Origin: Eledone cirrhosa
Lineage: Eukaryota
NCBI GenBank assembly: GCA_964016885.1
Contig: OZ024746.1
Coordinates: 65,658,001 to 65,722,000 of the forward strand
Reading direction: 5' to 3'
Length of the DNA stretch: 64,000 nt
Each line of letters starts with the position of its first letter. Positions within the stretch are counted from its first letter, which is position 1. The position numbers and the translations under genes are program-made. The notes below the pieces were generated by a model that saw only the letters and a list, made by a program, of their open reading frames with translations, ran no database searches and was not told the origin of the DNA. This document shows positions 16,912 through 31,730 of this stretch, piece after piece.

Positions 16912-16954
16912 GTCACTGAAGAAGTCACAGAATGTGTGACGAAAGAACTTTGAC
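16912..16954 (+). ncRNA. Type I hammerhead motif in the family C pLTR
   Basis: GTCA CTGAAGA a GTCACA-GAATG-TGTGAC GAAA GAAC TT TGAC. Confidence 0.7.
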
Positions 16955-17447
16955 AATATATAAACAACCATCTGGTTGTGGAACCAACCAACCAACCGGA
17001 AATTTATAAATTCCTAAATTTATAAATTTATTATAATAAATTGAAGTGAACCACTTGGTGCGTGTGTTTCTTATTGGCAACATGACCCTCCCAAAGTATA
17101 ACATTATATATATATTTGTTTGTTTATGAGACTGTGTGATTTTCATTTTCTATATATGTGAAAGTGTATTAGTTATATGTGTGTGTGTGTATAAACGTAT
17201 CTATGGGTTAGTATGTGTAGAATTGCATACGTGTATGTGTAATCCACATTTATGCGTGCAAACACAAGTTTCAAGTCGTTAGCACTTTATAGACAATCAA
17301 TTTTCAATACAATACTGCTTTACTAAACATTAGTACAGGCAGTGATCCACGAACGTACGCAACTACACTCTGTACACACACGTACACACATGTACGTCTT
17401 TACACACGCACACTAACATGTACACATACATATCAATATACATACAC

Positions 17448-17542
<95 letters not shown>

Positions 17543-17607
17543 GATACATACATATATATATATACATATATATATATATATGTATACATATAAAGATACA
17601 TACATAC

Positions 17608-17643
<36 letters not shown>

Positions 17644-17758
17644 GATTCCAGTTCCTCAGAGAAATAACAACACAACCAGGAGCTGGACATATCGATGTAT
17701 TGATGGAGTGAAAGACACTTCAACAACATGTGTACCTGTCTTTCCCACACCAATTCAG

Positions 17759-17813
17759 ACTGCCTGAAGAGGTCACAGCCAATGATGGCTGTCACCGAAA
17801 TATATATAGCAGT
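17759..17813 (+). ncRNA. Type I hammerhead ribozyme in a short PLE 3' fragment (17641-17860)
   Basis: ACTGC CTGAAGA GGTCACAGCCA-ATGA-TGGCTGTCACC GAAA TATATA TA GCAGT; AATAAA downstream; (TA)n flanks. Confidence 0.85.
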
Positions 17814-17856
17814 ATATCTATAATTTATAATAAACGAAGCCAAATTTTAAATATTT

Positions 17857-17949
<93 letters not shown>

Positions 17950-18504
17950 AAGAAATAAACAATCTTTATTTTGAAACATGTCAATGCAGAATATTACTGA
18001 TGTCACCTTCATTAATCTTGGACTCACTTTTTTACGTTTTTAAAGAGCGTTGTTGTTTTAAATATATGGAATGATGTATTAATGTATGATGATGTAGACG
18101 GAGCTATATTCACGCCGGATATCTTAGATTCAGACAGATTTTGTGGCTCCTTGCATAATATATATAATCTTTCGTTGGTAAGCTGACTATTGAGAAAACA
18201 TATTTCTTCATCATCTAATAATTTAATGGTCACCTACGGTGTTATTGCATAATCTGTCCTTCCATCTTTTAAAGATAATATTGTGAGATGTGATGGAGAT
18301 ATGACTACTATATCCGCAACTTGCAAAACACGCTGAAGCTCTCTCGTTGGCTGGAATAAATAGAAACACATATATAACTAATTTGAAAAGGCCGAATTAC
18401 AAAATTCATTTGACGTATGTAATATTATTTGGATATGAATATGCTTTGCAGTGTGTGTGTGTTATTATGGCAATGTTCTCTTTAAAATGCATTGGAAAAA
18501 TGTG

Positions 18505-18551
<47 letters not shown>

Positions 18552-19790
18552 CTTTCATTGAAAGATGCTAGCGTACTTCTATAAACTGATTAAGCAGACA
18601 ACTCCTTTATGTAGTCCTAACGCTTAAAGTCTAATAAAGGATTAAACATATCGTCCATGAACACAGCTCAGCATCTGTAAATAACTAAACATTATAGATT
18701 TGGCCAATAAGAACATGATTATAATATTATATATAAACCCATTTAGATGAATATTGAAATCTGAGAGGAATGGGAAATAGGATTCAGTCATATTTGGATG
18801 CAGGTGTCAGGAAACTCTCATATCTTTTAATCGAGGTGGGTATCGTCGCCAAAGTGCCTTACTGCGCTGCTGAGATGTTGGTGCTTCCACTTCAGGAATC
18901 CATTGATAGAAAATATATCAACTTCAATTCCACATATGACTATTTTCATTGGAGAAGGAAAATTATCTGAAAAACATTACATATTTCAATAATAAATGTG
19001 CAATTGTTATGCGTAAATTACATATAAACAACATTCCACTTATTAATGATTATAATTTTCTCTCCTAATACCGCATATTTTCCAAAGACAATAATATTTA
19101 GATGTATTTTCTTCATTGTGATGCTTCTTTTTAAATACTCTCATTTTCTGAACAAAACGAAATTTCTTTAGTCTTTTATTTTACTTAAGATTTATTTATA
19201 TTTTTACAGTTTATCTAATATATAATCTGTGAATAAATAATATATACAGTAGCTAATCGAATTCATTTGCACACTAAATCTATAAAGCTGAACATTGGCA
19301 CAGACGCAAATATAACAACAAAGTAATAACGATTCAGAAGATAAACAATATGACATTCTCGCATACGATATTATATCATAGGAAACGAAGAGATGGCGAT
19401 GCATGATATGAAAAGAAATTAATACTTATCATCGAACGATGTTTAAATGTCATCGTTCAACTTATTCTGCTATGGTGATAACATTTGAGTGTAATGATAA
19501 TAAGAAAAGACACATTAATATATAGTTATTGAACTGGATATATCAGAAATAAAACCATATTTTGAGATAAAACAATAAAACATGTAATGTCCATTAAACT
19601 AGAAAGACGAATCTTTCGTATACAAAATATAACAAAAATAAGTGCAGTTATTTATTTAGGCAAAACATATCTAGATAGAGAGAAAGACACACACCCAATA
19701 TACACCTATATATATATAAGGATATATATAAGGAAAAAAGATGAAATCGAAAATGCAACTGGAGTCTTTTTAAGAATGTTTATTTGGTTC

Positions 19791-19826
19791 CTTTACCGGT
19801 TTCACAGTTCTTATTCTTTTCAAAAG
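19791..19826 (-). ncRNA. Possible hammerhead with U3-A8 core and poor stem II
   Basis: CTT TTGAAAA gaataagaactgt GAAA CCGG TA AAG. Confidence 0.35.
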
Positions 19827-19907
19827 TAGAATTGAGATGGAGGGTTTGTGATTTTTCTCGCAGACGCGACATCTCGTTTTTTTATTTCATTTTGAAAAAA
19901 ATAACTC

Positions 19908-19978
<71 letters not shown>

Positions 19979-21190
19979 TTTATATATGCATATATAAGTC
20001 CGCTTGGATATACATGTGTGTATGTATGTGCGTGTGTATTTACACACGCAAAAAAAAAACATCACGGAACTATTCAAACGAATGTTGGACGGTAACATGA
20101 AAGTATCAATCTTTTGAAGCCAAAAATGTAACAAATCTAACTTGGATTAAAATAAAATACCTATTGCTTACCTAACCATTATGTATATATATATATATTT
20201 CCGCAAGTTAACCCGTGAATTCCTCGATCACCATTGCTTGTTCGGCAGCATAGAGACAGTTGATAAAACAGATGCCAAATAAGTTCTAATGTATAACACA
20301 GTAAAATCTGAATAAAAAGAACACCACAGAAGTATTACTGTAAAGGAAAACCACAGAAGCTTTGAAAAGATTCAACCCTGTTTCCATTTTAGGTTTGCTG
20401 GATTCACTACATTAGATAATATATACCGTCTGTCTTTGTAGATGTAATACATTTCCCTACATACAACCGTTAAAACATTGTAGCTCTAATTAATAGGTGT
20501 ACATACACTTGGTCAAACATTCTTCCTTTATTATTGAAAAGAGAATGACTGTCTCCTATATTTAATCTCTTTTAGAAAGAATATAGCATTGAAATGTTTT
20601 GTACTTCCGTATATGTCATCACAACACATTTTTCAAAATCACAGTGTTCATAGATTAGAGTTTATAACAGTAATAACCACTGGTATAAACCATAATTCAG
20701 TGTAGTTGATCTAGAAATAAAAAAAACGGAAAATAAAATTAAATAGTGAAATAAAGCTGGCTTAACAACTATTCATATTTGATAGTTGTCTTCTGTAGAT
20801 TTCTCTTTTCCAAACTCCAAACGTTTTATTAATAACCTCGCTGTCTCATGTGTTATCTTTAACGTATAATAGGTACATCACAAGGAAGACCGTTTGAAAA
20901 GGTAGGTTCAAAATATATGTATTTTACATGTAAATTCAATATATTCTCATTTTCCTGCAGTACAAAAGTAACATCAGCTGAGATACATAATTTACATATG
21001 CGAGGGTCGGGTGAAAAGGTTAGCGGCTGAATCTGAAGAATTAATGCTGTGAAATCTTGCGTGCATTAATTTAAACTCTCCTTAATATTAACTGCATTGG
21101 TTCACTCAAACACACACTCACACATACACACACATACATAAACACACACACGCACACACACACATAAACACAAACACACACACACACATA

Positions 21191-21275
<85 letters not shown>

Positions 21276-22709
21276 CAATATCGGAGAAAGCTTTTTAGCG
21301 ATACTCCGGCCAAATTCCAACTCACTCAACAAACATTAGGAAATAAGTGATTATATTCCTAATTAAGCGTTCGGGGTGCTAACTAAAAGTATTGCGTGGA
21401 AAATTGGCTGTATTATTTCATATGAGACATATCGAATATATCTCTTCCCAGACGGACGTCTCGTTTCATTGTAGGATTCATAGATAGATAGATATATAGA
21501 TAGATAGATGTACTACGAAGTATGTATGACATATTTTATATATTCTTAGTATCATTAATTGTGATTGTTGCAATTCAATTTTCAATGCAATTCATATATC
21601 TATAACATAATTAGAAACTATAAAACATTTAGCATTCTTTTGAATAACCAACTCTGATTAACAATGCAACTGATATTGAATATCTAGTGCTCTTCTGACA
21701 CTCGAAACCATTTGCAATTAAAATTATTTCAGAACTCTCAAAATCACTAGGAATTATTCTTTGCATCACTTGCCGTCAGTTCTACAATGGCAAGAGAAAA
21801 TAATGTAAAAATGATAATAAAAAACCCACAAATTAAAACAAATAATCATATGACCTAAGACATATTATTTTAGACTATTCTGTGTGAATTCTTTTTTTTC
21901 TTTTTCTTGTAAATTGAATTTGTGGAATATTCAATATGTGGAATAACACGAACTATCTCACTCATATCGATATTTTACATGTGCAAAATAACCCGTTTAA
22001 ATAAATGAGGTTGAACTAATTGTGTCTTTATTGAAATGAAAAATTGAAGCACTGATTTTATGAGTGAAATGATATTGAAAATGTATTCATTTTTTATATT
22101 TTACTGTGAATATCCCATATTCCTGGCTTCGATGATTACGTGGTGTATATGAACAGAACAAACAAGTCTTTCTAATTCTTACAATTTAACAATTTAATTC
22201 AAATTTTTTATATACTTCTGAATTGCATATTTTAAGCAATAAAATTCCTCTGCCATCATGTGTTCAAATATTACATAACTCTTACTCGGCGTTTGATAAA
22301 ACTAATTCAGGTAAAAGTTATATCTGGAAATATATACAATATGGATTAGTATAATACACTTTCATTCAGATCGCTGTGGGGTATTTCATGCGTTGCTCAT
22401 ATTGCAGTTGATTCTGTGTCAGTGTAAGAGAAGTGTGCAAATTGATGTATGACACAGTTACTTTTTATCATCAGTATTCTCTTGCTTACGCCGAGATAAC
22501 TTCACAAAAATATGTTTATGTTACATAAACATATTTTAAATGAGAGCATGTACGTTTTATTCTGATTTAGTTTATCTAAATAGTAACGGTAATTAAAACT
22601 AATAATTCTAGCTCAGAGAGTTTAACACTTTCGTAAATCGGTAACCCGGCATCAGTGATAATTTCTTTAAAACAAGAGCGAGGGGGCTGTGATATCAGCA
22701 CACGAAATA

Positions 22710-22750
<41 letters not shown>

Positions 22751-22819
22751 ATAATAATAATGTGAAGATTAAATAAGAAGAGTGCTCGATAAGGATAATA
22801 TATATATATAAAATATATA

Positions 22820-22929
22820 AAAACCGTAGAAAATATTTATCAAAATAACAGATTAAAGTTTAAGCAAAGAATCGCTTCTTTCACCCTTAACGGGATCTTT
22901 TGAAACTTAAACTTTAATCTGTTACTTTA

Positions 22930-22930
<1 letters not shown>
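22820..22930 (-). mobile_element. pLTR-like family E fragment with short inverted arm; second copy at 54126-54190 (+)
   Basis: CCGTTAAGGGTGAAAG..GCGATTCTTTGCTTAAA..TTTAATCTGTTA is shared between the two; AACAGATTAAAGTTTAAG inverted repeat. Confidence 0.5.
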
Positions 22931-23007
<77 letters not shown>

Positions 23008-24149
23008 GCACACACACACATTTGTGAGCAAATACTACCGATAGAATATAAAATGCGATAAATATTAGCTCTATTTCCAAAAAGTTCTTTCAGATATTTG
23101 TCACTTAATCACACTCGGAGGACATATCTATACACAAATGGGAAACTATTTTGTACTACACAGATCCTATAGATGTAAAGCCAAATTATTCTGATTGAAA
23201 TATAAAAAAGTGAAACGTAAGCTTCTTCTATCAAAGCCTGATACAATATTATCTAAATATAGTTCTTGCAGGCATATACTGGAAAAAATTACAGTATAAA
23301 ACGATAGGGAAATAAAATGAATTATAATGGCAATTTGCTGAAAAACAAACATAGACTAAACAAAACGAACAATGACAAATTGTTATAAAATGTTAGAACA
23401 TAATTCAAAACTATTAGAAAGAAGCCAGAGATATATCCAATAAAAAGATGTTTATAAAATATAGTAATATTTTGACGAAAAAAGATAAATAATTTGAGAG
23501 ATATGTTATTTAATTGTCTATTATATGTTAGTGCAAAATTACATACACCCATATTAAATGTAGTGTCTATACCTGGCAATAAATTTATACCATAACAGTT
23601 AAAATTGATCTGTTATGTATTCTGTATATTATTCTATGAAAGCAACATCGAATTGCATTACGTACACATTTCTATGAAAGCTATTTTAGAAATTTACTGG
23701 TATGTATAAAATATACATATATGTTTCAATCTTTTAATCTGTGTTTACTGTGCAAAATACGTAACATTGGCATTCAGTCTTATTTATTTCATATTCTAAC
23801 GGTTAAAAACTTCTGTAAAACAAACGCCCTTACTTGACAATTCGAACACAAAAGCCGACAAACTGAATGTTCGTGATAAACTATAACATTGCAACCAGTT
23901 TCTATATCTACATAAGTCATATATTCTGTCAATGCCAATAGAAATATTACTGCAAGGATTAGTAGTTCATCTTTTACCAATTTTAATAATTAGATATATA
24001 CCCATTGACAACATTCTGTAAATATAACACTAGGGTTGCATGCCAATAGAAATTAAACTGTTATACACTGAATTTAAACGAATGAATCTTTCCTTTAAAT
24101 TCAGGCAATGAAACTAAAATATTGTTAGCTGATGTAATTTCTGCAGCTA

Positions 24150-24269
24150 CGGGAATTAGAGCAGCATGAAATAAAGTGTTTTCCCAAGGACATAACACTC
24201 CGAACCCACCTAGAATCGAACTCACATCTTCACGTTTGTGAATCCAGTGATCTAACGACTGAGCCATTC
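24150..24269 (-). mobile_element. Second tRNA-derived SINE family (CORE-like)
   Basis: A-box TGGCTCAGTCGTT, B-box GAGTTCGATTC, then GTGTTATGTCCTTGGGAAAACACTT. Confidence 0.6.
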
Positions 24270-25249
24270 GACTTCATCAATACATGTAAGACATAAAACG
24301 CATTTCGCAATTTAGTTGATCTGATCAGGTAGAATAATGAAAGCTATTCAAAATATAAATTAAGACCTTCAGTCGTCCATACGTTTCCCGTGTAAATTAG
24401 AACCTCTAAATATAAATGTATAGCTTTATCAAGGAACACAAGCTGGTTTACCAGCAAACTGTACACTAGTATAAAATAGAATTGTATATTCTTCACTCAA
24501 GTATTGATTTCTTAGAATTGTACAATGTCGCTTAAGGACAGAGAAGTTGGGATAAGTTTAAGCTCTTAATAGATAACAGGTTTAGATAAGAGGATTTAAA
24601 GAAAGTGAGTTATATCCAGTGTCTATAAAAGATCAAATATTTTATTGGCTTCTTTTGTCTCGATAAAAACAGACCTATATTTTAAAAACAACGCACATTT
24701 CCATTTGTTTTCTTTGGATTTTACAGGGTGGTAGTTAATAGCGAAAATAAATGGAAATGGATTAAGACGAGAATAGAAACATGTCGCCATCTTGGCTCAC
24801 CGAAGGTGATCCATTACTTTTTTGCTGACCAGCGGTGCGAAATCAAACAGAACATCTTAGTGAGAAAGGTTACTATTCAAATTCGTTTCGCGTTAGCAAG
24901 CATATCTCTAATAAACAAATACAATTCTAAAACAAAACCTTCCTACATGCACCATATTCTCATCTTTGATGTTAATATAATTAATCATCTGCTAATAGAT
25001 TCCAGTGATCGCGAAAGTTAAGTAATTACATTTATTCTAATGATACCTGGGATATAATCCTTCATTGTTTAAACACATATTCAAATGTATTTTATGGAAA
25101 ACTTGTCATCACAGCTAATTATTTTTCATATATTTATGGTGTGAGTTTGTCAAACAAGACACACAATTACTATTACTGCTTAATTCCATCGGTGCGAAAT
25201 CTGTTCTACACCCCAACGCCCTCTCGCATGCCTTTCGTTACTTGTTTCA

Positions 25250-25765
25250 GAATCATGCAGAAAAATAACGAGAACAGTGTCAGGGTAATAACGCAATTTT
25301 TATTCACGCCGTTAGTGATACGGAAGGACTGGGACAGGTTATTCCCTAGTCTGACTCGCAAAGACCACCAGTATAGAGACCACTTTTCGAAGCAAATTCC
25401 TGCTGGGCTTGGTTTGCCTCCAGAATGGCAGACCATCGCCTGTCAAAGATCGTACCCTAATGAGAATTGTATTCTGGTTGTTCAAAGACATGTTAAAATG
25501 ACACTGAAACTATGTCACATCGACATTCAGCAGTGAATCATCTTGGTTGTTGACTGTAATGTTTGGCTCCGCGCCAACCGAGAGGCTACCTGCACATTTG
25601 CGGCAGACCATCGTGTCAGCCTGGTGGAGAGAAGTACCGTGTGGAAGGGCTGTCATTGTGGAGCCAAACACTACACATACATTTCCCTGTGGCTGCTGTG
25701 GGTGGATCTGCCAATTAATCACATAAGTATCCTCATGTCGAAGTCATCGACATCATCATCATATA
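25250..25765 (+). mobile_element. Probable degenerate RTE 3' end
   Basis: QYRDHF..WQTIACQRS and a CTF Zn-knuckle remnant; (CAT)n tail. Confidence 0.4.
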
Positions 25766-26531
25766 ATTAAAGGAAGAGAAAATGTAAGAAGGAGAGAGAG
25801 AAATGGGGAAAAGAGAAAGATGTTACAGAAATGTCTCCTAGAATTTGAATGTGAGGCGAGATATATGCACATAATCGAATTATGATCACACAAATAAAAT
25901 ATGAACAGAAAGAACATAAAGAAGGTAAAGTAGAAGGCTGAGTGAAATATGTTAGGTGGGATAGTAATCGATAGATAGATAGATTGAGAGATAAGTTGAG
26001 AGAGAGGGTGGAAGAGAAATAAAGAAATATGGAGAAGTGAGATCGACTGAATTTTCAATGGAAGAATCATTTTAAAGTAAATAAAACGAAATCCATATGT
26101 AACACTAACAGAGAGACAGATGGGCTGAGTAGAATGGAAGACGAAACTTAATAAATTATCTGTAACGTAGTGATCTGAGAAATATTACTTCCAACTTCAT
26201 AGTCAAAGGTGACACAGTTTGCGAGAAAGTGTAATCGAATATATCGACTTGAGCGCTTGAATGTCAGGCAGGGTTGTTCCTGTCGGGATTGTAAATTTGA
26301 ATATATAGTTTTAAAATATTTCTCTGCCAAGCATTAAATCCCCGGATTCTGTCATCTAATAACAAGGTCTGGCATAGGCACAGTTCGCATTACAAACATT
26401 TAAATCGATCCATGCTCGTTACTGGTATCAACACTGGAATTATGAAATCAAAGGCTATCACGTCGGGGGCTTCGAATGAGAATATTAGAAGACATTTAGT
26501 TCGTCGACCTATTCACCAACATACTCCCACC

Positions 26532-28525
26532 TAATGATAATGATTCTATTGGAAACAAAAATACAGTAACTTTTATACTAGAATTCCATTTTAGAAGAGC
26601 GGAACAATCTGTGTTCAAACCCCTCTGTAAAGCATTACTAATGGTTTTTGTGATTACAAATCGGGCATCTAATAATTTCCATACGATAAGAATTTAGTAA
26701 GTGTACTGGAAGGAATTCAATTAGCCTCATATATATAATCATCAGAAAACGGATTATTTTATTCAAAATATTTATTATATTTCAATATAAGAAAGTTGTT
26801 GCTTAGTTTCAAATCATCCCTGAACTAATAAAGATAATAAAAAGAAAACATTTAAACCATGAGCAATTCCTCTTCTCCTTTTAGGAATAGTGTATTTTAA
26901 AACGTATTATCCAGCGAGTTATTTTGTCGACAGTAAAAAATGTCGGTCTATATGTTTAACAGATAGAGGAATCTCTCAGAGCGAGTGCCGTTTCCGTATG
27001 TTATTCGTTTATTTGATTACTCATGAGTATTTGTGAGATAACTTTGGAGAGTATATAAAATGCCCTACTGAGATTTGAATGAAGATGCAGAAGAGCTCTC
27101 CTGTTCATAACCATCACGAATCGCATTGACATGTGTAGACAGAGACAGGCTGGAAGTGGTATCACAAATGGTAGGTGTAGCATCAGTTGACTAACATTTG
27201 CAGACGACATGGTACTACTTAGAGTTTACATGCTTGAGGAATGCTTAGTCACTTATTTGTTACATTCATGAGCAAGCACGTCTGATTTTAATAGGTATTA
27301 TGTTATTGGTTCATCTTCTTGACTAACACACTTAGATATTTCACGAACATGACTCAATTTAATTGGCTTCCCTTCTACATGTGTAGCTTCTTTACTAGCC
27401 AAAAGAAATTAATATTATTGACTTAGTTATAAGATTTACGACATAGTTGCGTAAGACGGGAAGAAATGCCCTTTTCAGAGAAATACTGGAGGCGTGATAT
27501 GATGACAAACATTAAGGAAATCAATCAATTCATATATATTCAATAGTATAAAAGAAGTATGTTAGAAATCGATATCATAAAGATGTTAGAAATCAATATT
27601 GTGGTAGAGTAGTGTGTGGAAGGATCAGGAGAGTGAGCACACTAAGTGTTTTGTGGTATTGAGTTGCTGTTGGTCTCATGCCGAAGTTGATTTTGAATTA
27701 CATAAAAAAATCGATAAATTATGTACCTGTAATGTGTTAGAGGTGCTTAATTTATACGACTTTAAATGTTCCCCCAACCAAATTGTAGTCTCATACCAAA
27801 GTTAAAAATCAATATTATTGATGTATGTATAACATCAATACTTTAAACGATATGAACCTATAAATTAAGAAACGGAAAAAGGTTCGCTTATCATTGACTC
27901 TCTTCGAACGAAACAAAATTTGATTTAATTTGTTTATGGGAATTGATCTGTTAATGTAATTGAATCAATAAAACTTCTGTATGAAGAAGTTAACATTTCT
28001 AATAAAGTAGAATATAAATAATATTAGGCATTATTTTTCATTTAACTTCTTTTGGTTTTGTAAAATCCAAAATATTCATAAAAAAACATCATTTGTTCAT
28101 ACGAATATGGAAGTTTTTAAAACCTCCCAACAAAGAATGTTACTACTACTAGAAGTAAATTTCTGTGAAATGGAATTTTTTTCGTGTATCCAATGTGATT
28201 TAAATTCTAAATTTCTCGTCCCATAATGCCAATTCTGAAGTCAACTACATTGAATATATATATATATTGAAATATAATAAATATTTCGAATAAAATAATC
28301 CGTTTTCTGATGATTATATATATGAGGCTAATTGAATTCCTTCCAGTACACTTACTAAATTCTTATCGTATGGAAATTATTAGATGCCCGATTTGTAATC
28401 ACAAAAACCAATTAGTGATGCTTTACAGAGGGGTTTGAACACAGATTGTTCCGCTCTTCTAAAATGGAATTCTAGTATAAAAGTTAGTGTATTTTTGTTT
28501 CCAATAGAATCAATCATTATCATTA
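26532..28525. repeat. ~257-bp inverted repeat pair (26532-26789 and 28264-28525)
   Basis: Near-identical reverse complements around a ~1.47-kb spacer. Confidence 0.85.
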
Positions 28526-28613
28526 TATATATATATATTAGGGTTAACATTGATGCAATTCGATTCAAGCACTCAACGTACTTTTTCCACATAGGAGTGA
28601 CGGAGTAAATATC

Positions 28614-28669
28614 GAATAAGGAAAAGCGAAGTACTTTCAGATCTGAAACTACTTCGCTTTTCCTTATTC
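28614..28669. repeat. 56-bp near-perfect palindrome next to (TA)n
   Basis: GAATAAGGAAAAGCGAAGTACTTTCAGA|TCTGAAACTACTTCGCTTTTCCTTATTC. Confidence 0.8.
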
Positions 28670-29740
28670 TATATATATAACCATTAATACACATTAATAC
28701 ACCCTAAAGTGGAAAAAATTATCGAACGCGCCCCCATATCGGAGTAGTATGAGAAGCTGTCGATTATGCGACCTTGAGCTGTTCCACATCTTGAGTTCGA
28801 AGAATAGGTTACTCAACAATAAAATCGAAAGATCAATTTATTGTAACCATAGACTCAAAGAGAAGTTTTCGCACTACAAATCGAACCCTTAACCTCTTAC
28901 TACCAACTGACAAACTGCATATACTTAGACTGTATACCCTCTTGTTGTATCTAAACCCTTTTAATTACCCACAAAACCAATACCTATATCCCCCTCTTCT
29001 CACTCATTCCTCTTCTATTTCTTCGGTTTCTTCCTTCCTTCCCTCCCCTTATTGACTATCTTTTCTTTTCTTCTTTCTCACCCCTTCTTTGCTTTTATTT
29101 TGTCATTATTATATTTATCTTTATTTTTTATATATATATATATTTATCTCTTTATACCCCCTCTCTCTCCCTCTCTATCCCTCCCTCCCACTATGATCAA
29201 TGTAATTCTCTTTAACTCACTACATTCTGCTATCAAAACTGACCAAGGAATCCTTCCACCTCTACCACTCCCTCCATCTCAGTTTGTCACTCTACTTCCT
29301 ACCTCTTTCCCCTTTCTCTCTCTATATACTATTCCGTTTGGCCCCTCACCTTCTTATTCCTCTCTCTCTATACTAGTAAATAGAATTCCAAATAAATATG
29401 TTTCTCTATATATTAAGAATTATTTCAAGAGTAACTTACTCACTATTTTGAACATTTGGACAGTGAACAACAATTATAATTGAGTGGCTGCTATTTGCAG
29501 TAGAGCAATATAAGGTTGCACTTACCAATGAAACGGTCGTAAATACCTGGATAAAATCCTTCTCTTAATGCTTACCTGTGTTTTCTCTTTTATACTTTAT
29601 ACTCCAAGATTGAACGGAATTCTTACAAACTTGTGGAGTTACCCCTAACCGTACGTTGAAACCATCCATGAAACTGGCTTTCTTAACCAAGAACTGGATC
29701 ACAATGAGCAATTTTTTGCTTCTCTAACTATATATATATA

Positions 29741-30058
29741 GAAGTTCAATTTAAATTGTTGGGATACAACAAGCAAATATTTTTATAACTGATATAAAGC
29801 ACTCAACAAATTATTGGAGTAAAAATACGATATATTAACAAATGGAAACTATATATATAAAACCATATTTATTTCAATATACAAATTTCAAGGACACCAA
29901 GTCGCATTCTTTAAGGATATGTCAATATTTATTTATAAAACTGATCTATATTATATTTTATCTGATGAAAGCACACCATAATTTAACTTGGTGTCCTTGA
30001 AATATGTATAATGAAATAAATATGTTTTATAAATATAGTTTCCATTTGATAATATATC

Positions 30059-30061
<3 letters not shown>
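29741..30061 (-). mobile_element. PLE pLTR family A hairpin, opposite polarity
   Basis: Long-tail arm on the left; short arm with CTGATGA..GAAA on the right, ending AATATATCGTA|TA. Confidence 0.7.
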
Positions 30062-30156
<95 letters not shown>

Positions 30157-30162
30157 TAAATA

Positions 30163-30631
30163 AGGAAAGAAGAGTGACACGGTTTGCTATACAAAAAAGG
30201 TTTTTAATCTCATTGCTGTCAATTGTTTCTCTGAACTGGTAGGTCTGGAGACCGCTATCCGCTTGTTTTCATGTCATTCAATCACCAATACATAGTTGTA
30301 ACCAGTCAATTCATCGGAGCTTGTGAGAATGAAAGGAATATACAGGCATGGCTACTATAAATAGTAGTACTGACATTCAATCAGAACAATAACAACAATA
30401 CTAACACTGCTAGCAATAAATTATTTGAAATAATCACAACATCAATCTAGGTGAGAAATATAGTATATCTACGATTTTAGCGTGTAAAACTAGCTGACAT
30501 GGCTCAATATTTATGTGGTCTATATTAGATTAAAGGATTGTCAAGCTTTCTCATCATCAATAACATACATGTATAAGACAACATTAACAGAGTAGCAATA
30601 TAATAGGCAAGTTAATACAGAGGTTAAGGAG

Positions 30632-30636
<5 letters not shown>
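30163..30636 (-). mobile_element. pLTR family F, left inverted arm
   Basis: Reverse complement of 40243-40878 with an internal deletion; HHR-like motif at 30215-30320. Confidence 0.7.
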
Positions 30637-30677
<41 letters not shown>

Positions 30678-30780
30678 AAATTGAGGTTGGTAATGGCACA
30701 TGGAATATATAAGAGACAGAATACTTTTTTGTGAAAAAACATAATTTTATAAGGTAAGGAAATAATAAAGGGTATAAAAA

Positions 30781-30826
30781 ATGACCGGTTTCGATGGGTC
30801 TGCAAAAGCCATCTTTTCAAATGTTG
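30781..30826 (-). ncRNA. Minimal hammerhead with U3-A8 core (other copies 35692-35737 - and 39206-39252 +)
   Basis: TTGAAAA GATGG-CTTTTGCAGAC-CCATC GAAA CCGG TC; palindromic stem III ACCGGT; weak stem I. Confidence 0.65.
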
Positions 30827-31134
30827 ATTAATATTAAGAAAAATTAATAATACGAAGAGTTAAAATTTGAGACTTGAAAATTCAAGTATAAAATTCATTG
30901 TGGGATTTCATAGCAGTTTTCATCTTGGTAGCAACAACAGGTTGACTGCTGTGTCCCTTTCTGGTAGTGAATGAGAAGTTATTTGGGGTGTGGGTTATTT
31001 TATAAAGGTCAGATTTAGCAATCGCCAGCTGCTGGTCAGTGAGGGGGTGGAAGCAATATACACACACATATATCTTCCTGTGATGGGTAGGAGAGTGGAG
31101 CGTGATAGAAAAGGATTTAGTGCACTTACACCTA

Positions 31135-31175
31135 TATATACACACATACCTTCATCCACACATACATACATATAC

Positions 31176-31216
<41 letters not shown>

Positions 31217-31311
31217 CACACATAGATACACACACACATACATATACATACACACATACACACACACACACATATATATACATACACATACATCCAGATA
31301 CACACATACAT

Positions 31312-31395
<84 letters not shown>

Positions 31396-31449
31396 CCCCA
31401 CACATACATACACACACACATATATACATACATACACACATACAAACAT

Positions 31450-31480
<31 letters not shown>

Positions 31481-31730
31481 CACACATACACACACATATA
31501 TATACACACACACACACACACACGCATATATATATATATATATACACATACGCATACATCCAGATACCCACATACATACACACACACACACACACACGCA
31601 CACACAATACATACATCCACATGCACACACATACTCACACACACACACACACACATACATACACCCACACACAGAGAAATGGCCTTCAAATATATATATA
31701 TACATATACATACAGACACATATATTTTTT
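31135..31730. repeat. Compound (CA)/(TA) microsatellite inside the PLE 3' UTR (second copy ~36046-36695)
   Basis: The same interruptions (ACATCCAGATAC, CACCCCCAC) occur in both tandem copies. Confidence 0.9.

Larger units (their letters stand above)
13466..17107 (+). mobile_element. Penelope-like element family C (divergent C-terminal-EN type), 5'-truncated, with inverted 5' arm
   Basis: 13466-14063 is an inverted copy of ~16126-16731; RT and GIY-YIG remnants; pLTR with HHR; ends AAGTATAACAT|TATATA. Confidence 0.85.

Noticed and set aside
18030-21790. Possible minus-strand host exons (acceptor-like sites near 18351, 18967, 20710 and 21782)
   Set aside because: Short frames with stops, no recognisable domain and no consistent exon chain; RNA-seq would be needed.
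24150-24269. tRNA gene
   Set aside because: A and B boxes are present, but no complete cloverleaf could be drawn and a SINE-like body follows.
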